A stretch of 45,512 nucleotides of DNA, filler included, from Jimgerdemannia flammicorona (taxonomy: Eukaryota): assembly GCA_003990765.1 (NCBI GenBank). It is 2 parts of 2 records of this genome, joined end to end, with 100 filler letters (N's around TTAATTAATTAA, not from the genome) between each part and the next. Parts side by side here need not be neighbours in the genome. Positions count along the whole stretch, not along the records: positions 1 to 22,706 come from RBNJ01001222.1; 1 more part is not named here. One strand, 5' to 3'. Shown piece after piece: positions 1 to 12,579 of the stretch. A program made the translations under genes and the position numbers. Below the pieces are notes generated by a model, which worked only from the letters and a program-made list of their open reading frames with translations, was not told the DNA's origin and searched no databases. The first letter of the stretch is position 1. Each line of letters opens with the position of its first letter.

Positions 1-312
1 ATCGTAGTACCTGAATTCAATTTCCGATTTAGTATAGTCTTTTACTGCGGACACTGCATCTAAAACATTATCAGTGAAACTCTTGTTACTTTCATGAATT
101 TCAGATAGGATTTCACATGAGATTCTATCTGAGAATTTCACATGAAAAGACTTAATACTTAGCCGCATATTTAGTAGCAGAATTAGCGCACAAATCTGTA
201 TAAATAACTCAGTATTTTAGAGTGAATAAACCTCAGTCAGAACGAGTCAGATCAAACCAGTCCAATTCCAAAATCCATCCAACTTACTAAATTCCGCGTC
301 CACTACGTTACA
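1..312 (+). mobile_element. 3' part of an LTR (Ty3/Gypsy-like), relatively unmutated
   Basis: TATAAATA at ~199-206 and GTGAATAAACCTCAGTC at ~222-238 (same motif in element B LTRs at ~11615 and ~21516). Ends ...GTTACA at 312, followed by ATAT. CpGs are retained. Confidence 0.55.
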
Positions 313-439
313 ATATATATATTATCAAAGAGTCATTAGTAAAAGATAATAATGATGATAATAATAATCTCTCTAAGCTACTAAAGAATGAAGATAATGA
401 AAAGAACAGTCTTCAAGAATTATGTAAAAATATGAAGAT

Positions 440-1270
440 ATTTTCTAAGAACTCTAAGAACTATTATTCTATATAAGTAGTAGAATATAGTATTGAGATC
501 ACTTTTGGTATAGATCTTCTCTATTATAGAATCTACTATCTAGCTTAGTATAAACTAAAAACTTTCAAGAAATAGCTGATAGATCTGTCAAACAAAGACC
601 TTATACATTCTTTAAGTTACTATATAATATATATCTCAATCCTTTTTTTCTATAAGAAGGATAGAAGTCTTCATATTTATATTAATTACTGAGCACTCAA
701 GAAGTTTTTTATTAAGAACTTATATATACTTCTATATATCAATGAGCTACTTAATCAAATATATAATATTAAAATTTTCTTCTATATTCATCTTATATCT
801 GGATACTATCAAATTATATCAAAAAAGAAGACATCCTGAAGAAACCATTTCAAATAAGATTTGGATACTATAAATTCTACATAATATCTTTTGGTCTCAT
901 CAATATACTAGCTATTAATAAATGATATTTTTTGAGAATATCTTAAAGTATTTGTTTTAGTATATCTGGATAATATCTTTGTATATAGTATAAGTAAGCT
1001 GACTACTGACTATATCTTCAAATAATATTTAACATACTCTATAAATATAAAATCTTAGTAAAGAAAAAGAAATACTACTTTTTCAAGAAGAAAATTGAAT
1101 ACTTGAGATATATCATATTAGTAAATAGTATTACTATCAATCTAAAAAAGACTAAAGAAATTGACAATTGGCCTATTCTGAAGATCCTCAAGTCTCTATA
1201 AGAATTTAGATTTATTTAAGGATTCTCTACAATTATCTCTCCACTCATAAGTCCTTTTAAGAAGAGAAAA
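440..1270 (+). pseudogene. Degenerate Ty3/Gypsy reverse transcriptase fragment
   Basis: Mutated RT motifs are readable: KKD(G)SL..(C)I(D)Y(R)ALKK at ~650-705 and VYLD(N/D)IFVYS at ~960-990. Many stops from C>T/G>A changes. Confidence 0.85.
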
Positions 1271-1370
1271 AAAATAGACAGAAAAATATACTACTCTACA
1301 AAACTCTTTATATTTACTATATATTACTATCCAAGTTATTCTGACTCAATATGAATACCAAGTTACATAT

Positions 1371-2948
1371 TGTTACATAGTGGTCACTGAGTCCTTCAAA
1401 TATGTCAGATTCTCTTCAAGGTGTATCTCTTAGACTAACTCAAGTTTATTATAAGCAAGTTCTTATTGAAGTGCCTTCCCAAGGTCTTATAGTCCTCAAA
1501 CTTCTTATCTTTAAACTGTCTTGTTATCTTTTAGATTTCTTGCAAGAGATTATATATAAGTGATTCAGAACTAACTTTATTTCAGAGGAAATAAGAAGGG
1601 TATTTATACAGAATATAATTCAATAATTGCTAAGATATAAAGCTAAATATAAATTCCAATAACCAATAAAATGCTGGAACACAGAAAATTGCCAAGTTCC
1701 AGGGTCAGCACAGATGGTTGTATAGGTTCAGGATACTGGTATAATTTTGGTAATATAGAAAAATGGTGCTGGAATAATTCTGAGTTATAAGATCAGAATA
1801 CTGGTAGAGGAACAGCTGTTACACAGAAAAAGGATGCTGGCATAATTCAGTATAACTAAGGGACTTAAAGCAGAATGTTCAGGACTATAGGGGCTTCATC
1901 CTCATCATCACTGTCCTTAAAGGAGATGAGGTCTGTGAATGTTTCAGTCTCATCACATAGGTTGCATGTTTTGTGTACTTCACACATATCATACAGGATG
2001 ATGTCATTGCCAATGACATCATCACATTTAGTGGCAACAGGAACAAGGAGGTCTCAGGCTCTTCAGTCTATGAGGTTCTCTTCTACAAAATAGGGAACAA
2101 ATGTGGGGTCTTGGGGAGGTCTAACCTGGATACTTGGGTCTTGGAATACTGAGATCAATCCTTATAGAAATTGATCTGGGTTGTCCTGAAGGATGGAATA
2201 CTAGAGGTCTTCTACTTCATCACTATTGAGAGTAATGGTGGACTGGACTTCTGTAGCCACCCTGGCTTCTAGTGTATTGATATGACAGACTAACAGATCT
2301 CTGAAATCTGAGACTCTAACATACTCTAAGTTAGAGATTAACTATGGTGCATATCTGAAGATCTAATAAATCTTCTTAGCTATCCTTGCTTCTCATATAT
2401 TCATGGGAGTGGCATCTTGTAACTCTTGGGGGCTGGTCTGTAGGAACTCCTGGTAGAGAAGGTTTCCTATTTCATACTCCTGCTATATTTAGAGGCATTC
2501 GGTAGCAATAGTGATTCTTGTTTCCATCTCATAGTAGTAGAGAATAAAGTGATAAGGATCTGTAGTACCCAGGTTGAGGCTAGGAGTTCTTCTTATATAG
2601 GTCCTTATGGCTCTTCTGATGTCTTGGAACATCTTTTCTTCAACTGAGATGCCTTGGTGGTTCCTTGACCTTGAGGTTTGGTGAGCAGCAGGTATTTCAT
2701 TTATGGTAAGTCTTTGAGCTATTTTGGGATTAGTGGGTCTTGTTGAGTTACTGCTATTACAGTTCCTTAATTCTTCTTTTATATTCCTCAAAATGCCTGA
2801 ACTGTGGTCACAATGACTCACAGTTGGTCATTATTACTCATCTCATAACCTGAGTCATACTGTATGATCTTCTTGTACTCTGATCTGGTGGCTTGTAAGA
2901 AAAGACTGTCTCTTGTGCTGATGTCATCATTCTGAGGTCACTGTTACA
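1371..2948 (-). mobile_element. Putative long (~1.58 kb) 3' LTR of Gypsy remnant C
   Basis: On the minus strand it starts TGTAACA (2948) right after a purine tract AGGAGAAAGA resembling the PPT of element A. TATAAATA at ~1608-1601, AATAAA at ~1450-1445, ends TGTAACA at 1371 flanked by ATAT. There is no partner LTR in the window. Confidence 0.5.
1880..2900 (-). pseudogene. Degenerate accessory ORF (ORF3-like) of remnant C
   Basis: The frame of ORF 2489..2821 continues through stops consistent with C>T changes: ...QEYEIGNLLYQEFLQ...EARIAKKIY*IFRYAP*LISNLEYVRVSDFRDL. Ends are approximate. Confidence 0.55.
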
Positions 2949-3379
2949 TCTTTCTCCTAAATAAGGATCTTCTTGAATATACTAAGTCACTTAAAGCTTA
3001 TAAGACAAATTAATAAAATATATATTATATTTTAGTTATTATATAATAATATAGTCAATAGATTATTTCTAATTATTAGAATGATGTTTAAATATCTTAC
3101 TATTAATATTTTATTTAATTTTAATTTAAAATCTTTTTTAATTTACTTATTATTTTTATATTTTATTAATTTTAATTTTTAATAAAGTTTTATATTATCT
3201 AATATATCTCTATCTTTTATATATATTTAGCTATAAATATTAAATTAGAGTAATTATATATTAGAATTTTTAAAGTATATATACTAGTTTGATGTTTAAG
3301 TTATAGTAATAATTTATTTCTGAAAAAAATTATTAATATTATATTTAAACTTTACTTATTAATAGAATTATACTAATAG
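2949..3379 (-). mobile_element. Extremely AT-rich internal remnant of element C including its PPT
   Basis: PPT-like tract at 2949-2958 is similar to element A 3863-3873. The rest is almost devoid of G/C. Confidence 0.4.
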
Positions 3380-3426
3380 TGTAATAAGTAATATAAGTAT
3401 AACTAGATGATATGACCTCTATATAT

Positions 3427-3862
3427 TATAATATAGCAGATGTATAACTGGATAAATATATCAGATTTCTGTATTCTGAAAACTTGATCTTCTTTGACTC
3501 TGCAGAGTCCTCAGAATACAGTAGGTGAGTTTAAAGTATATCTATCTGCAGACTTACTAGTTCTCTTGCTTTCTCTTTACTTTGAACTATTTTTATCTGA
3601 GGTTTATTCACTCTAGATACTGAAGATATTTATATAAGTTTGCTAACTATAAGATGGCTAAGTTATGACTATATTTCCTATGAGTCACTTTTTATAAGTA
3701 TGGATCCTCTATATCTATAAAATCTCTATATTTGTAAAGTTTCTATATTTGTGAAATGACTGCTATTTGTAAGACTATACTATATTTAGGAATTGGATTC
3801 AGATACTATAATTAAATGTCTATTCCTCTGATTCATATTCTTAATTCAGATCAACTATCACA
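3427..3862 (-). repeat. 3' LTR of element A
   Basis: Colinear with 10916-11385, differing mainly by transitions and short-repeat copy number. Confidence 0.9.
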
Positions 3863-3879
3863 ACTTTCTCCTGAATAGA

Positions 3880-4340
3880 TAATTTGTCTCTGAAATATCC
3901 TATTCAAACTCTCAAGCTTCTACCAGTTATATTTTCTTATACTGTATAATTTGTTTTATCATATTCTCTTAATAATGTCTTTTAACTTATACAAAGTCTC
4001 CTGAAACTACTCCTCAGAGATAAGCTAGGGCTGGCTTGTTATTCTTGAATAGCTTGTATATATACTTACTTAGCAATAGTAATCTAAGTATGAGAGAGCT
4101 GGCACTCTCTGATTCAGTCTTTCTTTTCTATTTCTGGCTATGAATTCAGTAGCTATCCCAACTTAAAGTATTCCTGAAACTCAGTCCAGTTCTGATAGAT
4201 CTTGAAATATAAGTATGTCTGCACTATACTTAGGATACTATCAAAAGACTCCTCTATTGTGAGTGGCTCAGTAATATACTATTGTCTTTCTATAGCTCAT
4301 TATATAATATTAGTAATCTTGAGAGCTGTAGCAGTACTTC
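3880..4340 (-). pseudogene. Degenerate accessory ORF3 of element A (between integrase and PPT)
   Basis: Reads FQEYFKLG*LL...TIAK/IYKLFKNNKPALAYL*GVVSGDF with one frameshift, matching motifs in the ORF3 of B and C. Ends are approximate. Confidence 0.55.
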
Positions 4341-6985
4341 ATTAATTAGTCTTGATACTTCTTAAGTTAGTTTTGATGAATAGTAATAGAGATAATTATG
4401 TCTGAGAGTTTTATAGCTAAAAGGTGGTTTCTTTTATATCTTGTACAAGATAAGGTCCTTCCCACTTAGGCTCCAGTTTTTATAACTATATAGCTTCTAT
4501 CATATTCTGATATACTAGAACTTTATCTCCTATCTTATAATCTCTAAGAGCTTGTGAATCTTTTCTGTATTATTCTGTTATAGTATCTGTATCTTGATTA
4601 TATAATTCTCAGCCTTCTTTCTGATTTAGTATAGTCTCCATATCTCTATATCTATGTATTTCTATATAACATCTCTATTGAATAATAGAGTTTCTTAAGA
4701 ACTTTTTCTCTGAATAATATCTCTTAAGGGGTAAAATAGATACTTTGTGATTAGATATCTCAGAGAGTAGATAATGCTATTGGCAGATAATGATCTCAGT
4801 TTTTGTAGTTATTATAGATCTTGATAGTAATATTCTTGAGAGTCTTAGTGGTCCTTTCTACTTATCTATTTCTCTGAAAATAATAGGCTATAGTCTATAT
4901 ATACTAGATCTTATACTGCTTATAGAGAACCTCAAAGAACTGGTTCACAAATTCTGTTTCTCTATCTGTAGTTACTTATAATAGGATCTTATATCAGCAG
5001 ATGATTTCTTTGTAGAAAAAATTAGCAATTGACTATATATTGACTTTCTTAAGGGGTCCTGTCTCTATCTATTTTGTAAAAAGGTCTATAATGATAATGA
5101 TGTATCAGCTACCAGTCAAAGTCAAGGGTAGAGGGCCAATTATATCTATTGCAATATATATAAAAGAGTACTGATTCTATATGTGCTAATCCTGGAGTCT
5201 GATTTCATTAGTCTTGTTTTTATTTCTGATATTTATCATAGGTTTTGACAAATTGTGTAATATTTTCCTCTATTCCTGGCCACTACATTGTTCAACTTAC
5301 TTTTTTATAGGTATTTATTCCTCCTAGATAGCTGAGTTCATATACTGACTTTATTGCTTGCTTTTTCTTATATTTGGGTATAACTAGTAGCTTTTCTTTC
5401 TTCAGTATTTCTCTATCAGTTTTAAATTATTTCTATATTCTGTTGATAATTACTTGTGTCCATTTTTTCAGATTTTGGGACATCTTTTACTATCCTAAGT
5501 ATGTAATAATTCCATAGTTGAGCTCCTTATTTATGTTGATTTTCTAGTTGAAAGTCCTTCAGAGTATCTATAAAAGGGTATCTGTATTGGCATTGGTCCT
5601 TTCAGAATAGTATACAATGATTACATCATAGACTTATAACTTCATAATTTATCTGACATAAATTCCTTTAGATTGCCCAGTGGTCAGTAGCTAGATAAGG
5701 GCTGAGTTATCTGTCTGGATAGTGAAGTGTCATTTAGTGAGATAGTAGTGAAACTATTCTACAGCTCAGATGACTGCAAGGTATTTCAAATTATAGAATT
5801 TATATTCTTTTTTAGCTTTTTAGATTCCTCAGCTAAGATATGTAATAATATACTCTACTTTGTCTTTCTTCTGAGCCAGAACTGCTTCTAGTTCTTATAT
5901 ACTTATATCTGTCTACAAGATGAATTCTTGAGTCCAATCAGGTCTTCTGAGGATGGGTGCTTGGGTCAGTCTGATCTTGAGTTCATCAAATGCTTTTTGT
6001 TATCTATCAGTCTATTGGAACTTAATATTCTTTTTATTGAGTTCTAGATTAGATCTATGATATTGGAGAATCCTCTAATAAATCTATAATAGTATAAGGT
6101 GAGTCTTATGAAGGCTTGGGCTTTAGTGATAGTGGTGGGCCTTAGATATGCTACTACATTTTGAATCTTGAGAGGGTCTGTATGTATTCTATCTTAGTTG
6201 ATGATGTGGCCAAGATAGGAGATCTCAATTTCTATAAACTTGTACTTCTTGAGCTTGATATATAGATCATACTTCCTTAGCTTCTCTATCATCTGCTGGA
6301 TGTACTGCAGATGTTCCTCTGGTGTCTTACTGTAGATGATAACATCATCCATATAAATCATCTATCTTCTTATATTATAGTGGAATATTTTGTTTATTAT
6401 TTGCTAATATATTGTATATTCTAAATAGTATTTACAGATAGACATAGGTTCTATCTAGAGTAATGAAGGCTGACTTCTCACTTACTGCTTCTGTGAGACC
6501 AATTCAATAGAATCCTGAATATAAGTCCTAGGTACTATAATATTGTACTTCATCTCCCAGAGTTACAAGGATGTCACTGATGAGGGACAGTGGTTGGCAA
6601 TTCTTCTTAGTGATCAGATTGAGCTTTCTGTAATCAGTGCAGAGTCTTGGAGTAAATTCTCTCAACTTACTTTCTTTTTTTGAGGCTAGTATAACTAGTG
6701 AAGTCCAGGGACTACTAGCTTCTAATAATACTGGCTTCTTCTATCTGCTTGATCTCTTCTCTAAGCCATTCATGGTAGGCTGATGGGATTGGCCTTGTTT
6801 TTTGGTAGATTGGTGTAGTGTCCTCTATATTTATATTATAGTAGTAATATGGTATTTTTTCTTTAATATTCTTGAAATCTGTGGCCAGAACATCTGCAAA
6901 TTTATAGAGTAACTTCTTGAGTTCCTTTTTATATAGGAATTCATTTCTGATAATATAGCTATACTTGTTTGTGGGTTTCTACTTC

Positions 6986-8104
6986 CTTTTAAGTCACTTG
7001 GACTCCTTTATTACAAACTACCTAATACACTATTACAATGATAACTAACTACAAACCACTACTATAACATATTATATATAGGTAGGATTGGTCATCCAAC
7101 TCCTTCCTTCCATCTGACCCCATGCTCATCTAACACCAGGTGTCCTCAACTCTGCCAAATAATGTCCTGCACCTTCCTCAAGACCCCTGGTTGAAGCCAC
7201 CTCCCCTGATACTACCACTCTTATACTACCTCATGAAGAAGCCACTTCCACCACTCCACCAGCTCACCAATCCCTAACTATGAGTCCTGCTCAAACACCC
7301 ATCACCAATATACTGCCATCAGAACCCAGACCCCCAGGACCCGACCTAGGCTACTCCAGATATCTCCTATCTCTCCCACCAGCTAGTACTTGACCACCAG
7401 ACTGACAGGATCTCCTGTTCTTCTACCTGCAGGGCTTCAGAAATCTTCCAAACACTGCCAGAACCCTTCAACACCAGAGCAGGCTGCCAGGACTAAACTA
7501 CCCCACCATCCACCTCACTGCACCACTTGTAGTCCCAACAGCCATCTACCTCCATCCATCCTGTCTGATACTCCAATATCACAATTCTTCTTAAGAAGTG
7601 CCACCATACAACCCAGTACTTGGGGGGTACCACCTTGAGCAAGGGGCTCCCCAACTCCAGATTCAGCTCCACTCTCAGCCTTCACCCAATCCTGCCTTCT
7701 GCCAACCTACTGGCCATCTCTCCAGAGGGCCAGGCCTGATCCACTCCATTGCCTCAACCAGTGAGTACTCCTTCAGACTATGACCACCAATATAGAGGTC
7801 CTCCAATTGCTACCATCTCTGCTCAGGATCCTCACCAACCTCCATCTCCAGCCCTACCAACTCCATAGCCAGCCAGGCCTCTACCATGCCCTACCAGAAC
7901 CCCTTATACTGCAGTCGACTGATATTTCTAACCTGAAGCAAACCCTGCATATCCTTCCAAACCTCACCACAGGGGCAGAACTGAACCTCCCAATTGTCCA
8001 TTACCAGCCTGCTCTAGCCCCCTTCACCTAGTTCAGCTAATCAGTACCCCCACCAATCCCTAAGTACCTTCAGCCATTGCCTGAAGTCCACCAATCAGAC
8101 TGCC
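6986..8104 (-). mobile_element. 5'-truncated non-LTR (LINE-like) insertion in the pol of A
   Basis: 15-bp TSD (G/A)TGGGTTTCTACTTC at 6971-6985 and 8105-8119. Strong G-rich minus-strand skew. AATAAA and a short A tail at the 3' end (minus, ~7012-6987). Confidence 0.75.
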
Positions 8105-8159
8105 ATGGGTTTCTACTTCTTGTGGTCCAGTTCAGTAATCTTGATACTGATAAATACTC

Positions 8160-8570
8160 CTTTTTCTATAAATCTGAATCTCTTCCTTCCTCTCTCTGTT
8201 TTCTCCAACTTCTTAACTTCCATAATCTTTAGCTATAGAACTGAGAAGATTAACATCTGCCCCAGTCAGTTATTCTTTTTGATTAGAAATGGAATCATGG
8301 GATTGTAGTTTCTAGCAATGAGTAGTATTTCTTCAATATAATCTGAATCAATGGCTTCTCTTTCAATAATAATCTTGCTCTTGGCCAGATTGCTTCTTGT
8401 CTTGAGGATTCTGATATAGTCTTTTGAAATAGTTATCTCTAAACTAGTTGTAAGTAGGGTAGTTATCTGGGGCTTGAGTACAGTTTCTTCTACTATAGCA
8501 ATATTCATTCCAGCTGTATTTTCTGACTTATATTCTAGTAAAACTACATCAGAGTAGATCCTTCAAATCT
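8160..8570 (-). pseudogene. dUTPase domain of element A
   Basis: All five trimeric dUTPase motifs in degenerate form: AGM(N/D)I, RS(N)LA, AIDSDY(I)EE, LGQML, and ERGRK(R)F(R)F from RG..GFGS. Confidence 0.85.
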
Positions 8571-10213
8571 TCATCTTGATTTCTTCTTCATCATTACTGT
8601 CTTCTAAGAGAGCTGGTGGTTCATCATCCTCTTCTTCCTCCTTTTCTTCTCTTGTCTGTTTTTCAAGAGCCTTCTGTCTTCTTTTATGGTAGATCTTCTT
8701 GATTCTACTGGTATACTGATAGTAAGCATTGATATACTCTATATAGTGTATCTTGATTCCATAGAGACAGACTTCTTATGATATATATTCTTCAATAATC
8801 TTCTTGCACCATTTCTCTTCACTGATCTATCTAACTTTTTTCTTCTTTTTCTAGATAGTTACCATGTACACCTCTTCTTGCTTGCTTTCTTCTTTCTCCA
8901 TTTTAGAGAGTACTTCTTTGTTGATATTGATAGGAATTTACATCTTCTATTCTTGGTAGATAATCTACATCTTTTGAACATTTAGATAGATTATTGCTCT
9001 GGCTTTATAAAGCCATTGATTGTCAATGAGGATATCATAGTTGATAGTATTTATTATGATCACATCTATTGGAATAATTGCTCCTCCAAACTTTATGAGA
9101 ATATCTCAGATCTTTCTTAGAGATATAGCTCTTGTACTATCTATAGTGGCAAATACTAGCTTATTTGCTTCTTCAGCCTCTCAGTCTAGGCAGTCTGCTG
9201 TCTTCTTGCTGAGAAGACATCCTCCTACAACTGTATCAATAATGGCTTTAAAGACTTTATCTTCAATCTGACAGATTGTAAAGGTTGAGATCTTATGATT
9301 ATCTTCACTCTCTTCTCCTAAGTCTTCTTGAATATTATTGGTCTCAGTTATCTTCCAACCTTGCTCCTTGGTTGTCTCAACAAGTCTATATCTCATTTAT
9401 TTTCTGAATGTGGGTATTTCTGCTAGCTGGCTGAAGGTTGTATTGACCTTTTGTTGACTGAGGTCCTTGAAGATATCATACTTAAAGGTCTTGATTTTGG
9501 AAAGCTTCTTCTTTTTTTCTTTCTTGCTAGCTAGAGTAGTTTCTTGAATAATATCTTAAACAGCCTATTCTAACTCCATATATTGATCTATTTCTTCAGC
9601 TTAGCTTTCTATAACAGTCTCTATCTGTTTTTCTACAGAGTCTCTCTGGTGGTCTCTTGTAGAATTCCTTATAGATATTCTTCTTAGTGGTCTGTGCAGG
9701 GTAGGCCTCTTATTCCTCTTTATCAGACTTCTCAATTTCTTTGAAGGTAATAGTATTGGCCTATTCTCTATTTTAAGTAGCATTGCTCAGCTGAGCCTTA
9801 TACTTAGTTTTACTCATATATTTATATAAATAGTGACCTTCTTCTCTACAGATATAGCAGGTATCTCTCTTCTTATCTGAGATAGTGGCAAACTTTTGAA
9901 CTAAGCAATGGTCTCTTTCTCTGATTTCTTTTATTACATCTCCTAGGTAGGCAGTCATTTCAGCAAACTTCTTGGCTAACTCCTCCATAGGGTTACTGTT
10001 TCTCTACTACTCAGTAGCTCTTGGCTGAGGTGTGTTTTGATTGATCACTATGATAGAGATTATGCCAGTTGCCTTGAGTGCTTCAATTCTAACTCCAGTA
10101 ACTCTTTCTATTATATAGTCTTGTAGATATCTGGCTATCCAGTATCACTAGACATAGGTGACCTTTTATGCTAGATCCAAGACTACTGATGAGTGGATGG
10201 CTATAGCTATCTC

Positions 10214-10372
10214 TTTTTTATTTTTTATTTTTTATTTTTTTTTATAGTCACTGTGACTTCTACTTTATTATCATTCAATCTATTATATTAATACAAACTC
10301 ACCCCTCACTCAATCCCATGAGAGACTTCCCTCCCTCCTTCTCTCCATTTCTCTAAAAAGTCACCATCTCCC
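10214..10372 (-). mobile_element. Short 5'-truncated LINE/SINE-like insertion in the gag of A
   Basis: Poly(T) on the plus strand at 10214-10243 is a poly(A) tail, with AATAAA on the minus strand. ~16-bp degenerate TSD TGGCTATAGCTATCTC (10198-10213) / TAGCTATGACTATCTC (10373-10388). Confidence 0.75.
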
Positions 10373-10915
10373 TAGCTATGACTATCTCTGAGTAGACTCC
10401 CTTCATAAAGGTTGCTTTGACTACTTAATCTCAGATAGCAGCAGTATAATCTACAAAAATTATCTGATATCAAATTCTGGTATAGAATGTGTTTAGATCC
10501 TTACTTATTCCTTGGTATATTGTGTTGAGCTGATCCTTCAGAGCTTGCTTAATCTCATCTATATAGTAGGTGGCTCAAAGCCAGGCTTTCTGTACTGCCA
10601 GTATGGTATCATCAATATTTCCCATATGGGTTACAGCTGTAAATGCTACTCTTGCTGAACCTCAGAGACTGAAGAGCATAAAGGCTACTTTCTGTCTTAC
10701 TGTCAAGGTTCTTATAGCAGTATATTGCTCAAAATCATCAATGAAGGTAATTATTGATCTGTCTGAAGTATATCTATGAAATACTAGTAGTTCATATCTA
10801 TCTTATCTAGATATCTTGGTTCAATTTATATGATTGTTTTGGTAATAGCAGTTATTCATTATTTAGCTTGAAAGTGAGAGATTTATCTTGAATTACCAGC
10901 TAATAGACACTAAGT

Positions 10916-11385
10916 TATAATATAGCAGACATGTAACTGAGTAAGTATATCAGATTTCTGTATCTTGAAAACTTGATCTTTTTTGACTCTATAGAGTCCT
11001 CAGAATACAGTGGGTAAGTTTGAAGTATATCTGCCTACAGGCTTCCTAGTTTTCTTACTTTCTCTTTACTTTGAACAATTTTGATCTAAGGTTTATTCAC
11101 TCTAGATACTGGAGATATTTATACAAGTTTGCTAACTATAAGATGGCTAAGTTATGACTATATTACCTATAAGTCACTTTTCACAAGTATAGATCCTCTA
11201 TATTTGTAAAATTCCTATAATTATGAAGATTCTATATCTCTAAAATCTCTAAATTTGTAAAGTTTCAATATTTGTGAAATTACTGCTATTTGTAAAACTA
11301 TACTATATTTGAAAATTAGATTCAGATACTGTAATCAAATTTCTGTTCCCCTGATTTATTTTCCTAATTCAGATCAACTATCACA
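10916..11385 (-). repeat. 5' LTR of element A
   Basis: Direct repeat of 3427-3862; starts TGTGAT on the minus strand at 11385. Confidence 0.9.
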
Positions 11386-11389
11386 ATAT

Positions 11390-12579
11390 TATAGTTATTC
11401 TTATAGTTATCTAGTTACTGCTGAAATTATATAAATAGCCCAGAATAGCCAAACCAAGACAAATGAACTCTAAAGGTACTATATCCTAAAGGTACTGTAC
11501 TCTAAGAATATAGAGAAAGTTACACACTATATTTAGCTATATTATGTATTCTATAATTATCTAGATAACAACTGAGATAGTAACTACAATATATAAAATA
11601 TCCCAGAGACAAAAGTGAATAAACCTCAGTTTAAAAAGTTCAAAAGCAAAAGACAAGTCTGCCTACTATACTTCAAGAAGAACTCTAAAGCCACTACTAG
11701 GAGATTGTGAGCTTAATTTTTACTCCAGTCTACTTTCTGATACAAAGCTTTGAAGAGAAATCTGTCACTTAAGGAATATGCTATATTTTTGATTTACTTG
11801 CCAGATAAGTCTGAAGAATTTGAGAAGTTTCTCTTACTATAAGCCAATCTTAGATACAACTTTGCAGTGAACTTATTTGTACAAATGAAGCTAGTCTTGA
11901 TATAACTTTGCCAAGAGAAGAATCTGCTATTTCTCAAAGAGCCTGCTATAAGAACCTTACTACCAAGCCAGTCTTCTGATATAACTTTATAGTAGAGCCA
12001 GTCTTTTAATATAACTCTATGCAAATAAAGCCAGTCTTTGACATAACTTGCTAAGAATTTCTGCTATCTGAGTTATCTGAGTTATCCAAATTACTCACTA
12101 TCTAAGTTATCTAAGTTATCTGAATTATCTGTTTAAGTTATTTAAATTATCTACTATCTGAGTTATTTCCTAGAGTATCTGCTAATTTAGAAGAATCTAT
12201 GTCAAATTGAGTTATCTGTCAAATCTGTATAAAGAAATACTATCAAGATGATTATACTAGAAATTACATGCTTTTGGAGATTATTATACTATACAGAGAT
12301 TATTATACTTTATAGAGACTATCATGTAGAAATTATAGAAGGAAATTGCTCATACTCTATATATAAATTATTACTATATTCAAAGAACTATCCTAATAAG
12401 GAAATCAATATACAAATCAACTACTATATTCAGATTTGACAATTATATCACTGAATACTAATACTAATAAGGAATCTTAGAATATTTTATTACTTTTTAA
12501 CAAAGTAACTGAGAGCTTAAGCCAAACTACACCAATCTCCAACTTTGTAATTTGCCTCTATTGAATCAGGCACATTATA
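11390..12579 (+). repeat. Main part of the 5' LTR of element B (first 47 bp lie at 3380-3426)
   Basis: Colinear with 21333-22495, and 3380-3426 matches 21286-21332. Followed by a degenerate PBS-like TGAGTACTTAACTGGGA. Confidence 0.9.

Larger units (their letters stand above)
4360..10860 (-). pseudogene. gag-pol of element A (gag, Zn knuckle, protease, dUTPase, RT, RNase H, integrase)
   Basis: CYICREEGH knuckle ~9835-9860, KAIIDT protease ~9235-9252, IYMDDVIIY at ~6330-6358, RNase H FIL.TD.S..LEAVLAQ ~5870-5925, integrase IDIIGPLPLT ~5120-5150, KLEPKWEGPY ~4450-4480. Confidence 0.9.
3427..11385 (-). mobile_element. Full-length degenerate Ty3/Gypsy LTR retrotransposon A, inserted in the 5' LTR of B
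   Basis: LTR pair 3427-3862 and 10916-11385, ATAT TSD at 3423-3426 and 11386-11389, PPT CAGGAGAAAGT (minus) adjoining 3862, degenerate PBS near 10896-10912. Confidence 0.9.

Noticed and set aside
1340..1366. PBS-like TGGTATTC (minus) just beyond the C LTR, suggesting a tandem element
   Set aside because: Too degenerate to match a tRNA by eye, offset from the LTR end, and no gag follows.
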